This document shows, piece after piece, positions 1 through 9,097 of a DNA stretch of 38,250 nucleotides. The notes beneath the pieces were generated by a model. The model searched no databases. It saw nothing but the letters and a program-made list of their open reading frames with translations, and had not been told where the DNA came from. A program made the translations under genes and the position numbers. How positions within the stretch are numbered: position 1 is the first letter of the stretch; each line of letters opens with the position of its first letter. The DNA lies in assembly GCA_036153155.1 (NCBI GenBank), contig JAYZMM010000010.1, positions 1 to 38,250 on the forward strand, in the 5' to 3' direction. The stretch is from Planctomycetota bacterium. GTDB lineage: Bacteria > Planctomycetota > Planctomycetia > Pirellulales > UBA7805.

Positions 1-709
1 GGCCAGGAGTCAGCGGGAGATGGGACGCGGATTCGCGCCGCAAGGCATGTATTCTTTCTCGCCCGCCCAAGGACTTGCGACACTCGGTTGGCTGCTTGAG
101 GAAGATGCAACGCAAACCGCGGTCATGCCGGCAAATTGGCCTGAGTGGTGGCAATACCATCCGCGAGCTGCTAAATCGGCCCTGTTCGCAAATCTTGTGC
201 AACTCGAAATTGGCCGCCAACCGATTAATACGTCAGATGTCGATGATGTGCCCACGCTCAGTCGTGCAAAAGTTGCGGAAACCCCGATTGCTGAGCGACC
301 GCGTCTGATTGAAGAATTTATAAGTGAACAGTTATCTCGTGTGCTAAGGATTGACGTCGATGAACTGGATATTCACCAGTCGCTTGGAAATTTGGGGATT
401 GATTCGTTGATGGCGGTCGAACTTCGCAACCATGTGCAGGCAAGTCTAGGTATCGTGATACCTGTTGCCCAGCTACTTCAGGATCCAAGCATTGCGCAAC
501 TTGCACAGGGGATACTCGATCAGTTAGCGGGCACATCTGCTTCGTTGGGCGAAGTAACAATCAATACAGACTCTTCCAGTGCGAATGATGCGGAATCACA
601 GCAGGGATTGCTCGCAGAACAGGCGTTAGAAAAGTTAGACACAATGTCGGACGAGGAAGTTGAGGCTATGTTGAGCCAGATGCTCGATGGTGAAAAGGGA
701 AATGCATGA
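1..709 (+). CDS. Type I polyketide synthase, C-terminal fragment (end of KR domain, ACP, C-terminal docking helix); 5'-truncated by the window edge
   Basis: Frame is open from base 2 (ARSQREM...). KR-tail-like segment GMYSFSPAQGLATLGWLL...VMPANW, ACP motif LGIDSLMAVELRN, acidic tail LDTMSDEEVEAML. The stop overlaps the next start (ATGA, 706-709). Confidence 0.9.
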   Translation, partial: ARSQREMGRGFAPQGMYSFSPAQGLATLGWLLEEDATQTAVMPANWPEWWQYHPRAAKSALFANLVQLEIGRQPINTSDVDDVPTLSRAKVAETPIAERPRLIEEFISEQLSRVLRIDVDELDIHQSLGNLGIDSLMAVELRNHVQASLGIVIPVAQLLQDPSIAQLAQGILDQLAGTSASLGEVTINTDSSSANDAESQQGLLAEQALEKLDTMSDEEVEAMLSQMLDGEKGNA

Positions 710-3700
710 GTGACGTAATGAAATCAAGTGAAAAACAATCCGCAGAGCAAAAGCGTGCACTGCTCGAAAAACTACTCAAAGAAAAAGCAGAGCAACAAAC
801 TAAAACAGGCTCGCTTTCCTATGGTCAACGCGCGCTTTGGTTTATGTATCAGATTGATCGCCATAGCTCTGCATACAACATTATGTATGCGGCTCACGTA
901 CGGTCGGATGTAGATATTCCAGCACTTGAGAATGCGTTCCAGAAACTTGTTGTGCGGCATCCGGTTCTGCGCACAACCTATCAGGCGGTTAATGGACTTC
1001 CTGTGCAAAAGGTGCATCCACACGTTGATGCCAAAATTGTGAGGGAGGATGCCCGGGATCTCGATTGGGAAGCACTTAATCGCGAAATTGAAGCCGAGGC
1101 AGATCGACCCTTTGATCTTGAAAAAGGTCCCGTCTTTCGCCTGCGAATTTATGAGCGGCGTGGCGACGGCCATGTTTTCCTGTTCACATCAGCGCATATA
1201 GCCAGTGACTTCTGGTCGTTTGATTTGTTATTTGATGAATTAGAAGTTCTTTATCGCGGTGAGATACAGAACACGAAGGTCGAACTGCCGGCCTTGCCTT
1301 ATGACTATTGGGGCTTTGTGCAATGGCAAGAGGAAATGCTTCAATCCGATCAAGGTCAAAAGCTTTGGGATTACTGGCATAAACAACTCGACGGGGATTT
1401 GCCAAATCTAGATTTGCCGACAGACCGCCCACGTCCGTCAGTGCAGACCTATCGCGGTAAAAGTCATACTTTCCAGCTTCCAGATCGCTTGGCAAATAGC
1501 CTGATGGAATTGACGCGACAGGAAGGCGCCACTCCCTTTATGACATTGCTGGCCGCCTATCAGATTCTGCTTTATCGATATTCGGGAGCGCAGGATATTT
1601 TGGTGGGTTCTCCCACCGCCGGTCGGAATCGGGCCGAGTTTGAACAAATCTTTGGGTATTTCTTGAATCCGATCGTTTTGCGTGCAAGGCTCGACCCCGA
1701 GATGACTTTTCGGGAATTCTTGGGGCAAGTAAAGGCCACCGTACTGGATGGTTTAACTTTTCAGGACTTCCCGTTTCCCATGCTCGTGGAGCGTTTGCAA
1801 CCCCCTCGCGATGCAAGTCGATCGCCGCTGTTTCAGGCATCTTTCGCTTGGGACAAACCACGGAAATTATTTCAGTACGAGCGTGGAGAGGGTAGTTTTG
1901 TTCCCCCGGATGACGTCTCTACATTGGGCCTGTTACCCTTTGCGTTGGGGCAGCAGGGGGCCGCATTTGATCTCACACTCATGATGCTCAGCATGGGAGA
2001 TTCACTTTCCGCAGCATTGCAATACAACTCCGATCTTTTCGATGAAGCAACGATCTCGCGCATGGTCGCCCATTTTGAAACGCTTCTTGAAGGTATCGTT
2101 GCAGATCCAGAAGAGAAACTTGCTGCCCTGCCATTGCTGGATCGTGAGGAAGAAACGAGCTTGCTTCGGCAGTGGAATCAGACCGCACTAGATTATCCCG
2201 AAGATGAATGCTTACATCAGATTTTTGAGCAGCGCGCCGCCGAGACGCCTGATGCGATCGCAGTTCGGTACGGAGAGGACGCGATAACCTATCGAGATCT
2301 GAATGCACGTGCTAATCAACTGGCACACTACATCGTGCAGCAGGGTGTCTGTGCCGAGACCTATGTGGCGATCTATCTGGAGCCCTCTCCCGAGATGCTC
2401 GTGGCTATTTTAGCGATTCACAAGGCGGGTGCCGCTTATGTGCCCCTCGCTCCGGGAACACCTTCCGAGCGGATTGGCATGATGCTTGATGAGAGCGCTG
2501 CCCCCATGATTCTCACACAAAAGATGCTGCAGGGTTCACTTCCCGAGACTTCCGCGGTGCGAGTTTGTCTTGATCAGCAGTGGGATTCGATCGAAAAAGA
2601 ATCCAAGAAAAATCTTGATCTTGGTGTCGAATCATCACAGCTTGCATACGTGATTTTTACTTCGGGTTCCACTGGGAAACCGAAGGGTGTTCAAATTGAA
2701 CACCGTAACGTCGTGAACTTTTTGGAATCGATGCGTAGCGAGCCTGGAATGAGTCCGCGGGACACCTTGCTTGCGGTGACAACTCTCTCATTTGATATTT
2801 CGGTTCTAGAAATTTATCTGCCCCTCACGACGGGTGCCACCGTCGCATTGGTGAGCCGAGAGATAACAAGCGACGGAAAACAATTGGCAAAGGTACTATC
2901 CGAAAGTGGGATCACAGTGATGCAAGCGACGCCCGCAACGTGGCGGTTGCTTATTGAAGCGGGATGGCAAGGTGATAAGAAACTTAAAATTCTTTGTGGT
3001 GGTGAGGCTATGCCCCGCGATTTGGCCGAGCAGTTACTAGAGCGTTCGGGTAGTTTGTGGAACATGTATGGCCCGACCGAGACGACTATTTGGTCTGCCG
3101 TCTTCCCGGTCGTTTCGGGTGAAGGATCGGTGCCAGTGGGTCGTCCGATTTCGAACACTCAAATTTACATTTTAGATGAGAGAATGCATCCAGTCCCGGT
3201 AGGTGTTCCGGGGCATTTGCATATCGGCGGCGATGGACTTGCCAGAGGTTACTTGAAACGACCTGAGCTCACGGCAGAAAAATTTGTTGATGATCCTTTC
3301 TCTGAGGCAAAGTCAGGAAAGATTTATAAAACTGGTGACTTGGCAAAATTCCGTCCTGATGGAGTGATTGAGTTTCTGGGACGACTTGATTTTCAGGTGA
3401 AAGTTCAGGGACATCGTATTGAACTTGGCGAGATTGAATCCCAGTTAAATCGTCACCCGAGCATCCGGCAATCGGTCGTCATGGCACGCCAAACCGGAAG
3501 CAAAATTGACGATAAGCAATTAGTTGCCTACACGGTTACCGACGGCGATTCGCCCAATGTAAGTGATCTAAGAGACTTCCTGCGGACGACGCTTCCCGAC
3601 TATATGCTCCCTTCAATTTTTATGCCCCTTGATGTTTTCCCGCTGAATCCGGCGGGCAAGGTGGATCGTAAATCGCTTCCTGAACCGGAGGCAATCCGGC

Positions 3701-6075
3701 CAGATCTTCGTGCGGAATACGTCGCGCCGAGGAATCCCGAAGAAGAAAAGATGGCAGAAATCTGGTCGTCCTCATTGGGTTTGGATCAGGTCGGTATAAA
3801 CGATAATTTCTTTGAATTGGGTGGCGCTTCCATTCAGAGTCTTGAAATTTCAGATCGCGCGATTGAAGAAGGGATGGATTTGACACCGGCAATGATCTTC
3901 CAATACCCCACGATTGCGGAGTTGGTTGAAGCTGCCGAGAAAATCGATCCACACGCCACGTCGGACATGGTTAGCAATGGTCATGCTGATTCGCCCGAGG
4001 TGAAAGCACCGCTGATACGGTCAGAAGCACAAAAGCAGACGCCAAAATCTGCTGATCATGCCAACACCATGATTGAAAGCCTTGGCGTTTATTTGCCGCC
4101 TGACGAGGTAACCACGAAGGATCTCATAAACGATTGCAAGAAGAAAATGTGGTTTCCGCTGGAATACATGACCGGAATCAAATCCCGTCGCATGGCCGGA
4201 AAAGATGAATTTAGTATCGATCTTGCAACGAAGGCGGTTAAAGAATGTTTGTCTTACTCAAAGTATGAGCCCGGTCATATTGATCTTATTGTATGTTGCA
4301 ATATCACTCGGAGCGATGCACACCTGCAGGTTACAATTGAACCTAACACTTCATTGCAATTGAAAAAGCGGTGTGGTTTCAGCAACGCTATTGCGTTTGA
4401 TGTTACGAATGCGTGCGCAGGAATGTTCACTGGCATGCAGATTGTGGACTCTTTTATCTCAGCCGGCATCATTCGTCGAGGCATGGTTGTCAGTGGCGAA
4501 TACATCACCGGAATCACCCGAACGGCGCAGCTTGAAATAACCGAGTTTCTGGACCCTCGTCTCGCATGTCTGACTGTCGGAGACGCTGGAGCTGCGATCA
4601 TTATGGAATCATCAGGGGGCACGGACGTTGGTTTTCATGAACTCGACATGTATACCCTCGGTAAATTTGCCTGGATGTGCATCGGCCGTTTGACGGAACA
4701 GCCTCACGGTGGCGCGATTATGCATGTCCCGGATCCAATGGAACATACTTCGGTAGCGGTTCGATACTCGGTGACCCATGCGAAGCATACTTTGGACAAT
4801 AGTCGCTATCGCCCAGATCAGATTCAGCGTCTGATTATGCATCAGACATCTGAAAGGTCGCTTCTTGATGGTGCGAAGGCGATCAATAAAGCTTTCAAGA
4901 AAAAAGTAAGCACAAAAGAAAATACGATCAATAATCTGGCCCATCGTGGCAATACAGCTAGCACAAGTCATATGGTCGCACTGTGGGACAATACCCTGAA
5001 CGGTACGATCCAATCAGGCGAAAATGTGGTGTTCGGGATTACCGGATCGGGCCAAACCATCGGAACAGCAATCTATACCTTCGATGATCTCCCCGATCGT
5101 TTAAGGGCAGCGAAAACGGACGGAAAGGTCCCTGAAAAATTAAGTGATGAAATTGCCTTGGCCCCACTCAAACCGCGTACTGTGCCAAGGGTACGCATCG
5201 CATCAGTGGGAATTTTCCCTGAGCAGGAACCGCTGTCTGATGACTCAGTCGATACGGCGGTGCGGGCTGCGGAAATTTGTCTCGCAAAAACATCTTACGA
5301 CCGCACCGATATCGAACTTTTGATCTTTGCCGGTATCACTCGAACTGCTTATGTATCGGAGCCCGCCTTAGCGGCAATGGTCACGGGCAAAATGAAAATG
5401 AATGATGTCATCGAGGATGAACTTGGTAAAAAGACCTTTGCATTTGACGTCTATAATGGTGCGATGGGTTTTCTGAACGCATGTCAAATTGCCACTGAAA
5501 TGATTCGTGCAGGCAAATATCGCACCGCCATGGTGGTAACGTCAGAGGTAGAACTAAATCGGGAGATGCACCCCGACAAACCATTGGGTCTTGTAGAAAC
5601 CGGATCAGCAGTGCTGCTTGATACAACGGCCGAGAATCGGACTGGATTCAGTAATTTCGCCTTTCACTACGATTGTGAGAAGATAGATTTGCGTCGAGCA
5701 ACAGGTGGCTATTTGGAAGGTAAGCCCTGCTTGGACCTCCGGATCGACGATCAACTGATCGATGCTTACCTCAAAATGATTCCCGCAGCGGTGGATAACG
5801 TGCTTGCGGAGGAAGGTCTCGATATTTCCGATATCGACTTTTTCCTTCCGCCCCAGATTTCCCCATCGATGAATAGCAAGCTGCCAAATTTGCTGGGTGT
5901 TGAGCCGCATCGTTTTGTTGATGTGTCGCGCGAAAACGCCGACTTATTCACTTCAGCGTTGCCTTATTCTTTGGAATATTTGCAGCGGGAGAAACGGACC
6001 CAACCTGGACAAATCGGCTTAGTCATTCATGCGGCATCGGGACTTCAGATAGGCTGTGCGGTTTACTATTTTTAA
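706..6075 (+). CDS. NRPS module C-A(Gly)-T fused to two tandem OleA/FabH-like (KS III) domains; no thioesterase
   Basis: C domain: LSYGQRALWF, RHPVLRT, AHIASDFWS. A domain: YVIFTSGSTGKPKG, NMYGPTETT, YKTGD, GKVDRK; specificity code read as DILQLGMIWK (glycine type). T domain: FFELGGAS (Ser at 3829). KS III-1 at about 4069-5080: FDVTNACAG, MHQTS, RGNTAS. KS III-2 at about 5188-6072: FDVYNGAMG, PPQ, ADL. Confidence 0.93.
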   Translation: MSDVMKSSEKQSAEQKRALLEKLLKEKAEQQTKTGSLSYGQRALWFMYQIDRHSSAYNIMYAAHVRSDVDIPALENAFQKLVVRHPVLRTTYQAVNGLPVQKVHPHVDAKIVREDARDLDWEALNREIEAEADRPFDLEKGPVFRLRIYERRGDGHVFLFTSAHIASDFWSFDLLFDELEVLYRGEIQNTKVELPALPYDYWGFVQWQEEMLQSDQGQKLWDYWHKQLDGDLPNLDLPTDRPRPSVQTYRGKSHTFQLPDRLANSLMELTRQEGATPFMTLLAAYQILLYRYSGAQDILVGSPTAGRNRAEFEQIFGYFLNPIVLRARLDPEMTFREFLGQVKATVLDGLTFQDFPFPMLVERLQPPRDASRSPLFQASFAWDKPRKLFQYERGEGSFVPPDDVSTLGLLPFALGQQGAAFDLTLMMLSMGDSLSAALQYNSDLFDEATISRMVAHFETLLEGIVADPEEKLAALPLLDREEETSLLRQWNQTALDYPEDECLHQIFEQRAAETPDAIAVRYGEDAITYRDLNARANQLAHYIVQQGVCAETYVAIYLEPSPEMLVAILAIHKAGAAYVPLAPGTPSERIGMMLDESAAPMILTQKMLQGSLPETSAVRVCLDQQWDSIEKESKKNLDLGVESSQLAYVIFTSGSTGKPKGVQIEHRNVVNFLESMRSEPGMSPRDTLLAVTTLSFDISVLEIYLPLTTGATVALVSREITSDGKQLAKVLSESGITVMQATPATWRLLIEAGWQGDKKLKILCGGEAMPRDLAEQLLERSGSLWNMYGPTETTIWSAVFPVVSGEGSVPVGRPISNTQIYILDERMHPVPVGVPGHLHIGGDGLARGYLKRPELTAEKFVDDPFSEAKSGKIYKTGDLAKFRPDGVIEFLGRLDFQVKVQGHRIELGEIESQLNRHPSIRQSVVMARQTGSKIDDKQLVAYTVTDGDSPNVSDLRDFLRTTLPDYMLPSIFMPLDVFPLNPAGKVDRKSLPEPEAIRPDLRAEYVAPRNPEEEKMAEIWSSSLGLDQVGINDNFFELGGASIQSLEISDRAIEEGMDLTPAMIFQYPTIAELVEAAEKIDPHATSDMVSNGHADSPEVKAPLIRSEAQKQTPKSADHANTMIESLGVYLPPDEVTTKDLINDCKKKMWFPLEYMTGIKSRRMAGKDEFSIDLATKAVKECLSYSKYEPGHIDLIVCCNITRSDAHLQVTIEPNTSLQLKKRCGFSNAIAFDVTNACAGMFTGMQIVDSFISAGIIRRGMVVSGEYITGITRTAQLEITEFLDPRLACLTVGDAGAAIIMESSGGTDVGFHELDMYTLGKFAWMCIGRLTEQPHGGAIMHVPDPMEHTSVAVRYSVTHAKHTLDNSRYRPDQIQRLIMHQTSERSLLDGAKAINKAFKKKVSTKENTINNLAHRGNTASTSHMVALWDNTLNGTIQSGENVVFGITGSGQTIGTAIYTFDDLPDRLRAAKTDGKVPEKLSDEIALAPLKPRTVPRVRIASVGIFPEQEPLSDDSVDTAVRAAEICLAKTSYDRTDIELLIFAGITRTAYVSEPALAAMVTGKMKMNDVIEDELGKKTFAFDVYNGAMGFLNACQIATEMIRAGKYRTAMVVTSEVELNREMHPDKPLGLVETGSAVLLDTTAENRTGFSNFAFHYDCEKIDLRRATGGYLEGKPCLDLRIDDQLIDAYLKMIPAAVDNVLAEEGLDISDIDFFLPPQISPSMNSKLPNLLGVEPHRFVDVSRENADLFTSALPYSLEYLQREKRTQPGQIGLVIHAASGLQIGCAVYYF

Positions 6076-6134
6076 CAATTACTTTTCAGCAATTACCGCT
6101 CCGCACGAACTATAAAATCTGTAAGCACCGTATC

Positions 6135-6566
6135 GTGAAATATTCCATAGCACATGCTTTCATACGCTATCATCGGGGACTTGGAAAAATGCCTCGGCGA
6201 TGGAAGCCTTGGCTAACGTCGCTCTTGATGTCCAATATGATTGTGCCATTGTTTTTTCTGGCCAATCACCAAGAGGCTTGGGTGGTCCTCGGAACTGCAC
6301 TCTTAACCGGGGCCACCTTCATCGGGTTGACTGCTTACAGCGGGTTTTCACGGTTACTCGGATTTGGGCATCTGCCTTGGATTCCGATGCTGGTCTATCT
6401 CATTTTGAGATTGCCCCAGGCGCAACAGCAATTTCCTGACACCTGGTTTCTGTTCTGGCTTCAGGCGGTGATCGTTCTTGATATCGGATCTCTGATTCTC
6501 GATACGGCGAATGTGTTGCGTTACTTCGCAGGCGATCGCGATGAGATGGTCAAAGGGCTTTCCTGA
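6135..6566 (+). CDS. Hypothetical integral membrane protein (about 4 TM helices) inside the PKS/NRPS cluster
   Basis: 143-aa ORF with four hydrophobic segments, co-oriented between the NRPS and the PPTase. Start is GTG 6135 or ATG 6189. Confidence 0.8.
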   Translation: MKYSIAHAFIRYHRGLGKMPRRWKPWLTSLLMSNMIVPLFFLANHQEAWVVLGTALLTGATFIGLTAYSGFSRLLGFGHLPWIPMLVYLILRLPQAQQQFPDTWFLFWLQAVIVLDIGSLILDTANVLRYFAGDRDEMVKGLS

Positions 6567-6602
6567 TTCGTCCGGTGGCTTGAAAAGAAGAGAGCGGATG
6601 CG

Positions 6603-7421
6603 ATGAAATTAGTTCCCGAAATCCCGCTTCATATGGTCGACATTTGGTATGCGTATGTCGATAAGCTCATCGCATGTGACTCGCTTGAAAATCATCTTCA
6701 GTTTCTAAGTAATGCTGAAAAAACGCAGCTTTCGCGATTTTCTTTAGCCCGCGTTCGGGAGGAATCGCTTGCTGCCCGACTTCTTTCCCGCCATGCACTT
6801 TCGTTTTACGGTGATGTTGCTCCATCGCGATGGCAGTTTGAAAAAGGGACGCGAGGTAAGCCTTACGTGGTAGCACCTTGGAAGGATTTTAGGGCATTCA
6901 ATTTAGCTCACTCTGCGAACCTGGTTGTGTTTGCAATTGCCCGGGAAGGACTTCTAGGGGTGGATGTCGAAAGTATGGATCGGTCGACCACTGGGATTCC
7001 TTTAGCTCGCCGATTTTTTGCGGTGCAGGAAGTAGATCAAATGCTTGCCATGCCATCTGAAATGCAAAGGGAATCGTTTTTGCAGTTTTGGACATTAAAA
7101 GAGGCCTATATCAAGGCAATCGGCGATGGGTTGGCGATGCCCTTGGATCAGTTCTTTTTTGATCTCACCGCTGCCGGACCCGCGCGACTACATGTTCGTA
7201 ATGTTGCTCAAGCCGGTTCTTCCTGGCTTTTTGCGCAGTTGCGATTGCCCTCGCGGCATCATATATCCCTGGGAATCACTCATTCGATGCTGATGGAAAA
7301 AGCGAACAAACAACAGATGCGCGTGCGGGTCCGCGAAATCAAATCAACACGTGCACCCATTCCAAGCGGAGATGTTTTGTGTACGGAAGAGAATGCATGG
7401 TATTTCCGCCCGGAATCTTAG
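6603..7421 (+). CDS. sfp: 4'-phosphopantetheinyl transferase, Sfp/HetI type
   Basis: Motifs RGKPYV, FNLAHS, GVDVE, FWTLKEAYIKAIGDGL; adjacent to carrier-protein-containing synthases. Confidence 0.93.
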   Translation: MKLVPEIPLHMVDIWYAYVDKLIACDSLENHLQFLSNAEKTQLSRFSLARVREESLAARLLSRHALSFYGDVAPSRWQFEKGTRGKPYVVAPWKDFRAFNLAHSANLVVFAIAREGLLGVDVESMDRSTTGIPLARRFFAVQEVDQMLAMPSEMQRESFLQFWTLKEAYIKAIGDGLAMPLDQFFFDLTAAGPARLHVRNVAQAGSSWLFAQLRLPSRHHISLGITHSMLMEKANKQQMRVRVREIKSTRAPIPSGDVLCTEENAWYFRPES

Positions 7422-7510
7422 CGAACACTGCGCGGGTAAAAATTAGGGACTTCGTTTCTAAAAGTAGCCCCGGGGGTTTTGCTCCGGCTCTCCCGAACCG
7501 ACCTGTCTCT

Positions 7511-7519
7511 TGCTATGAT
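7511..7519 (+). promoter_or_regulatory. Putative extended -10 promoter (TGcTATGAT) for the DUF1080-folD unit
   Basis: TGnTATGAT about 50 nt upstream of ATG 7572; no clear -35 element. Confidence 0.35.
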
Positions 7520-7571
7520 ACGACTGTTAGGTTTTGTCGCTTCCGGATCGAATTTGGGGAGATTTTTGAGA

Positions 7572-8234
7572 ATGACACAATTGCCGTTACACCGAACATT
7601 TCTTTTCCTGGCATTCCACTTTCTTTTTATCCCGACGCTCATTGCTGAGGAGCAATCGGGTGACACGAAAGCCGAAAGCGATGGCTCCTGGGCCTCTCTT
7701 TTTGATGGCAAAACACTCAAAGGCTGGAAGGCAAGTGAAAATAAAGATTCTTGTCGAGTGGAGGACGGGGCCATCTGCGTCAATGGTCCACGGAGTCATC
7801 TGTTTTATGTTGGAGATGTCAGCGACGGTAACTTTAAAAACTTTGAGTTGAAGTGCAGAGTCAAGACATTGCCGAATTCGAATTCGGGAATCTATTTCCA
7901 TACCGACTACCAGGATGAGGGTTGGCCGGCAAAAGGGTATGAAGCGCAGGTGAATAATACCGGAGGTGATCCTAAAAAAACGGGTGGACTGTATGCGGTG
8001 CAAGATGTATTTGAGGCACCCGCCAAAGATAACGAGTGGTTTGACTACCACATCATCGTTAATGGAAAACGGATTATCGTGAAGATCAACGGTGAGACTA
8101 CCGCAGATTACACCGAAGAAGATAATCTTGATCGCGAGGGTCGACGCCTTTCCAGTGGTACCTTTGCCCTTCAGGCGCATGATCCCGGAAGTAAAGTGCT
8201 TTACAAAGATGTTCGAGTAAAGGTCTTGCCGTGA
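7572..8234 (+). CDS. Secreted DUF1080 / 3-keto-disaccharide hydrolase family protein
   Basis: Signal-peptide-like N-terminus from M at 7572. Motifs WASLFDGKTLKGW, NFELK, NSNSGIYF, GYEAQV, TGGLY, GTFALQAHDPGSKVLYKDVRVK. Confidence 0.9.
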   Translation: MTQLPLHRTFLFLAFHFLFIPTLIAEEQSGDTKAESDGSWASLFDGKTLKGWKASENKDSCRVEDGAICVNGPRSHLFYVGDVSDGNFKNFELKCRVKTLPNSNSGIYFHTDYQDEGWPAKGYEAQVNNTGGDPKKTGGLYAVQDVFEAPAKDNEWFDYHIIVNGKRIIVKINGETTADYTEEDNLDREGRRLSSGTFALQAHDPGSKVLYKDVRVKVLP

Positions 8235-9097
8235 CCGCGATGCTTTTAGATGGTAAGGCGGTTGCCTCGAATATCCGATCGGAAATTGCGGATGCGACTT
8301 CCGATTTTATCGCAACGCACTCTGTTACGCCGAAGTTGGCGGCGGTGTTGGTGGGTGAGGATCCAGCCAGTCAGGTTTATGTCCGCAACAAACAGCGGGC
8401 TTGTGAGGCGGCTGGTATCGTCAGCGTGCTGCACCGGTTGCCGGCAGATTCGGATGAGACAACGCTGCTTCGCTTGGTTACCGATTTGAATCACGATGCG
8501 TCAGTTCATGGAATCCTGGTACAACTGCCACTTCCCGCGTCGATTGACGCGGATAAAATACTGCAGGCGATCGATCCGAGAAAAGATGTAGATGCATTCC
8601 ATCCTGAAAATGTCGGCCGGCTGGTTCAAGGCAAGCCGCGATTTCTTCCATGCACACCTCAGGGTATTCAGCAGCTACTCATTAGGCAGCGTATTGAAAC
8701 AGCGGGTCGCCGAGTCGTGGTCATCGGACGTAGTGATATCGTAGGAAAGCCCATGGCTTGCATGCTAGGCAATCGTGGGGTCGGCGGGGATGCGACGGTA
8801 ACACTATGCCATAGCAAAACAGTCGATCTGCATGCGATTGCCCGTCAGGCCGAAATTCTGATTGTGGCGATGGGACGCCCTAAATTTGTAGGGGCAGATA
8901 TGGTACAGCCTGGCGCGGTGGTGATTGACGTGGGAATCCATCGAACGGATGAAGGCTTGGTTGGCGATGTTGATTTTCACGCCGTTGCCCCTTTGGCAAG
9001 TGCAATCACTCCTGTTCCGGGAGGTGTTGGTCCTTTGACTGTAGCTATGCTTCTGCAGAACACTCTGCATGCTGCCCAATTGGCCGTTTCGTTGTAG
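8231..9097 (+). CDS. folD: Bifunctional methylenetetrahydrofolate dehydrogenase/cyclohydrolase
   Basis: VLVGEDPASQVYVRNK, GILVQLPLP, KDVDAFHP, PCTP, GRSDIVGKP, TPVPGGVGPLTVAML. Confidence 0.98.
   Translation: MTAMLLDGKAVASNIRSEIADATSDFIATHSVTPKLAAVLVGEDPASQVYVRNKQRACEAAGIVSVLHRLPADSDETTLLRLVTDLNHDASVHGILVQLPLPASIDADKILQAIDPRKDVDAFHPENVGRLVQGKPRFLPCTPQGIQQLLIRQRIETAGRRVVVIGRSDIVGKPMACMLGNRGVGGDATVTLCHSKTVDLHAIARQAEILIVAMGRPKFVGADMVQPGAVVIDVGIHRTDEGLVGDVDFHAVAPLASAITPVPGGVGPLTVAMLLQNTLHAAQLAVSL

Noticed and set aside
5188-6075. Second KS III copy as a decaying pseudogene remnant
   Set aside because: It is in frame and extends to the normal C-terminus, with structural motifs kept (AFDV, AMVVTSE, GSAVLL, GLQIG). 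Loss is concentrated at catalytic positions.
7587-8180. 197-aa minus-strand ORF; likewise 14599-15138 and 32460-33047
   Set aside because: Each lies fully antisense to a well-supported gene and shows no protein-family features.
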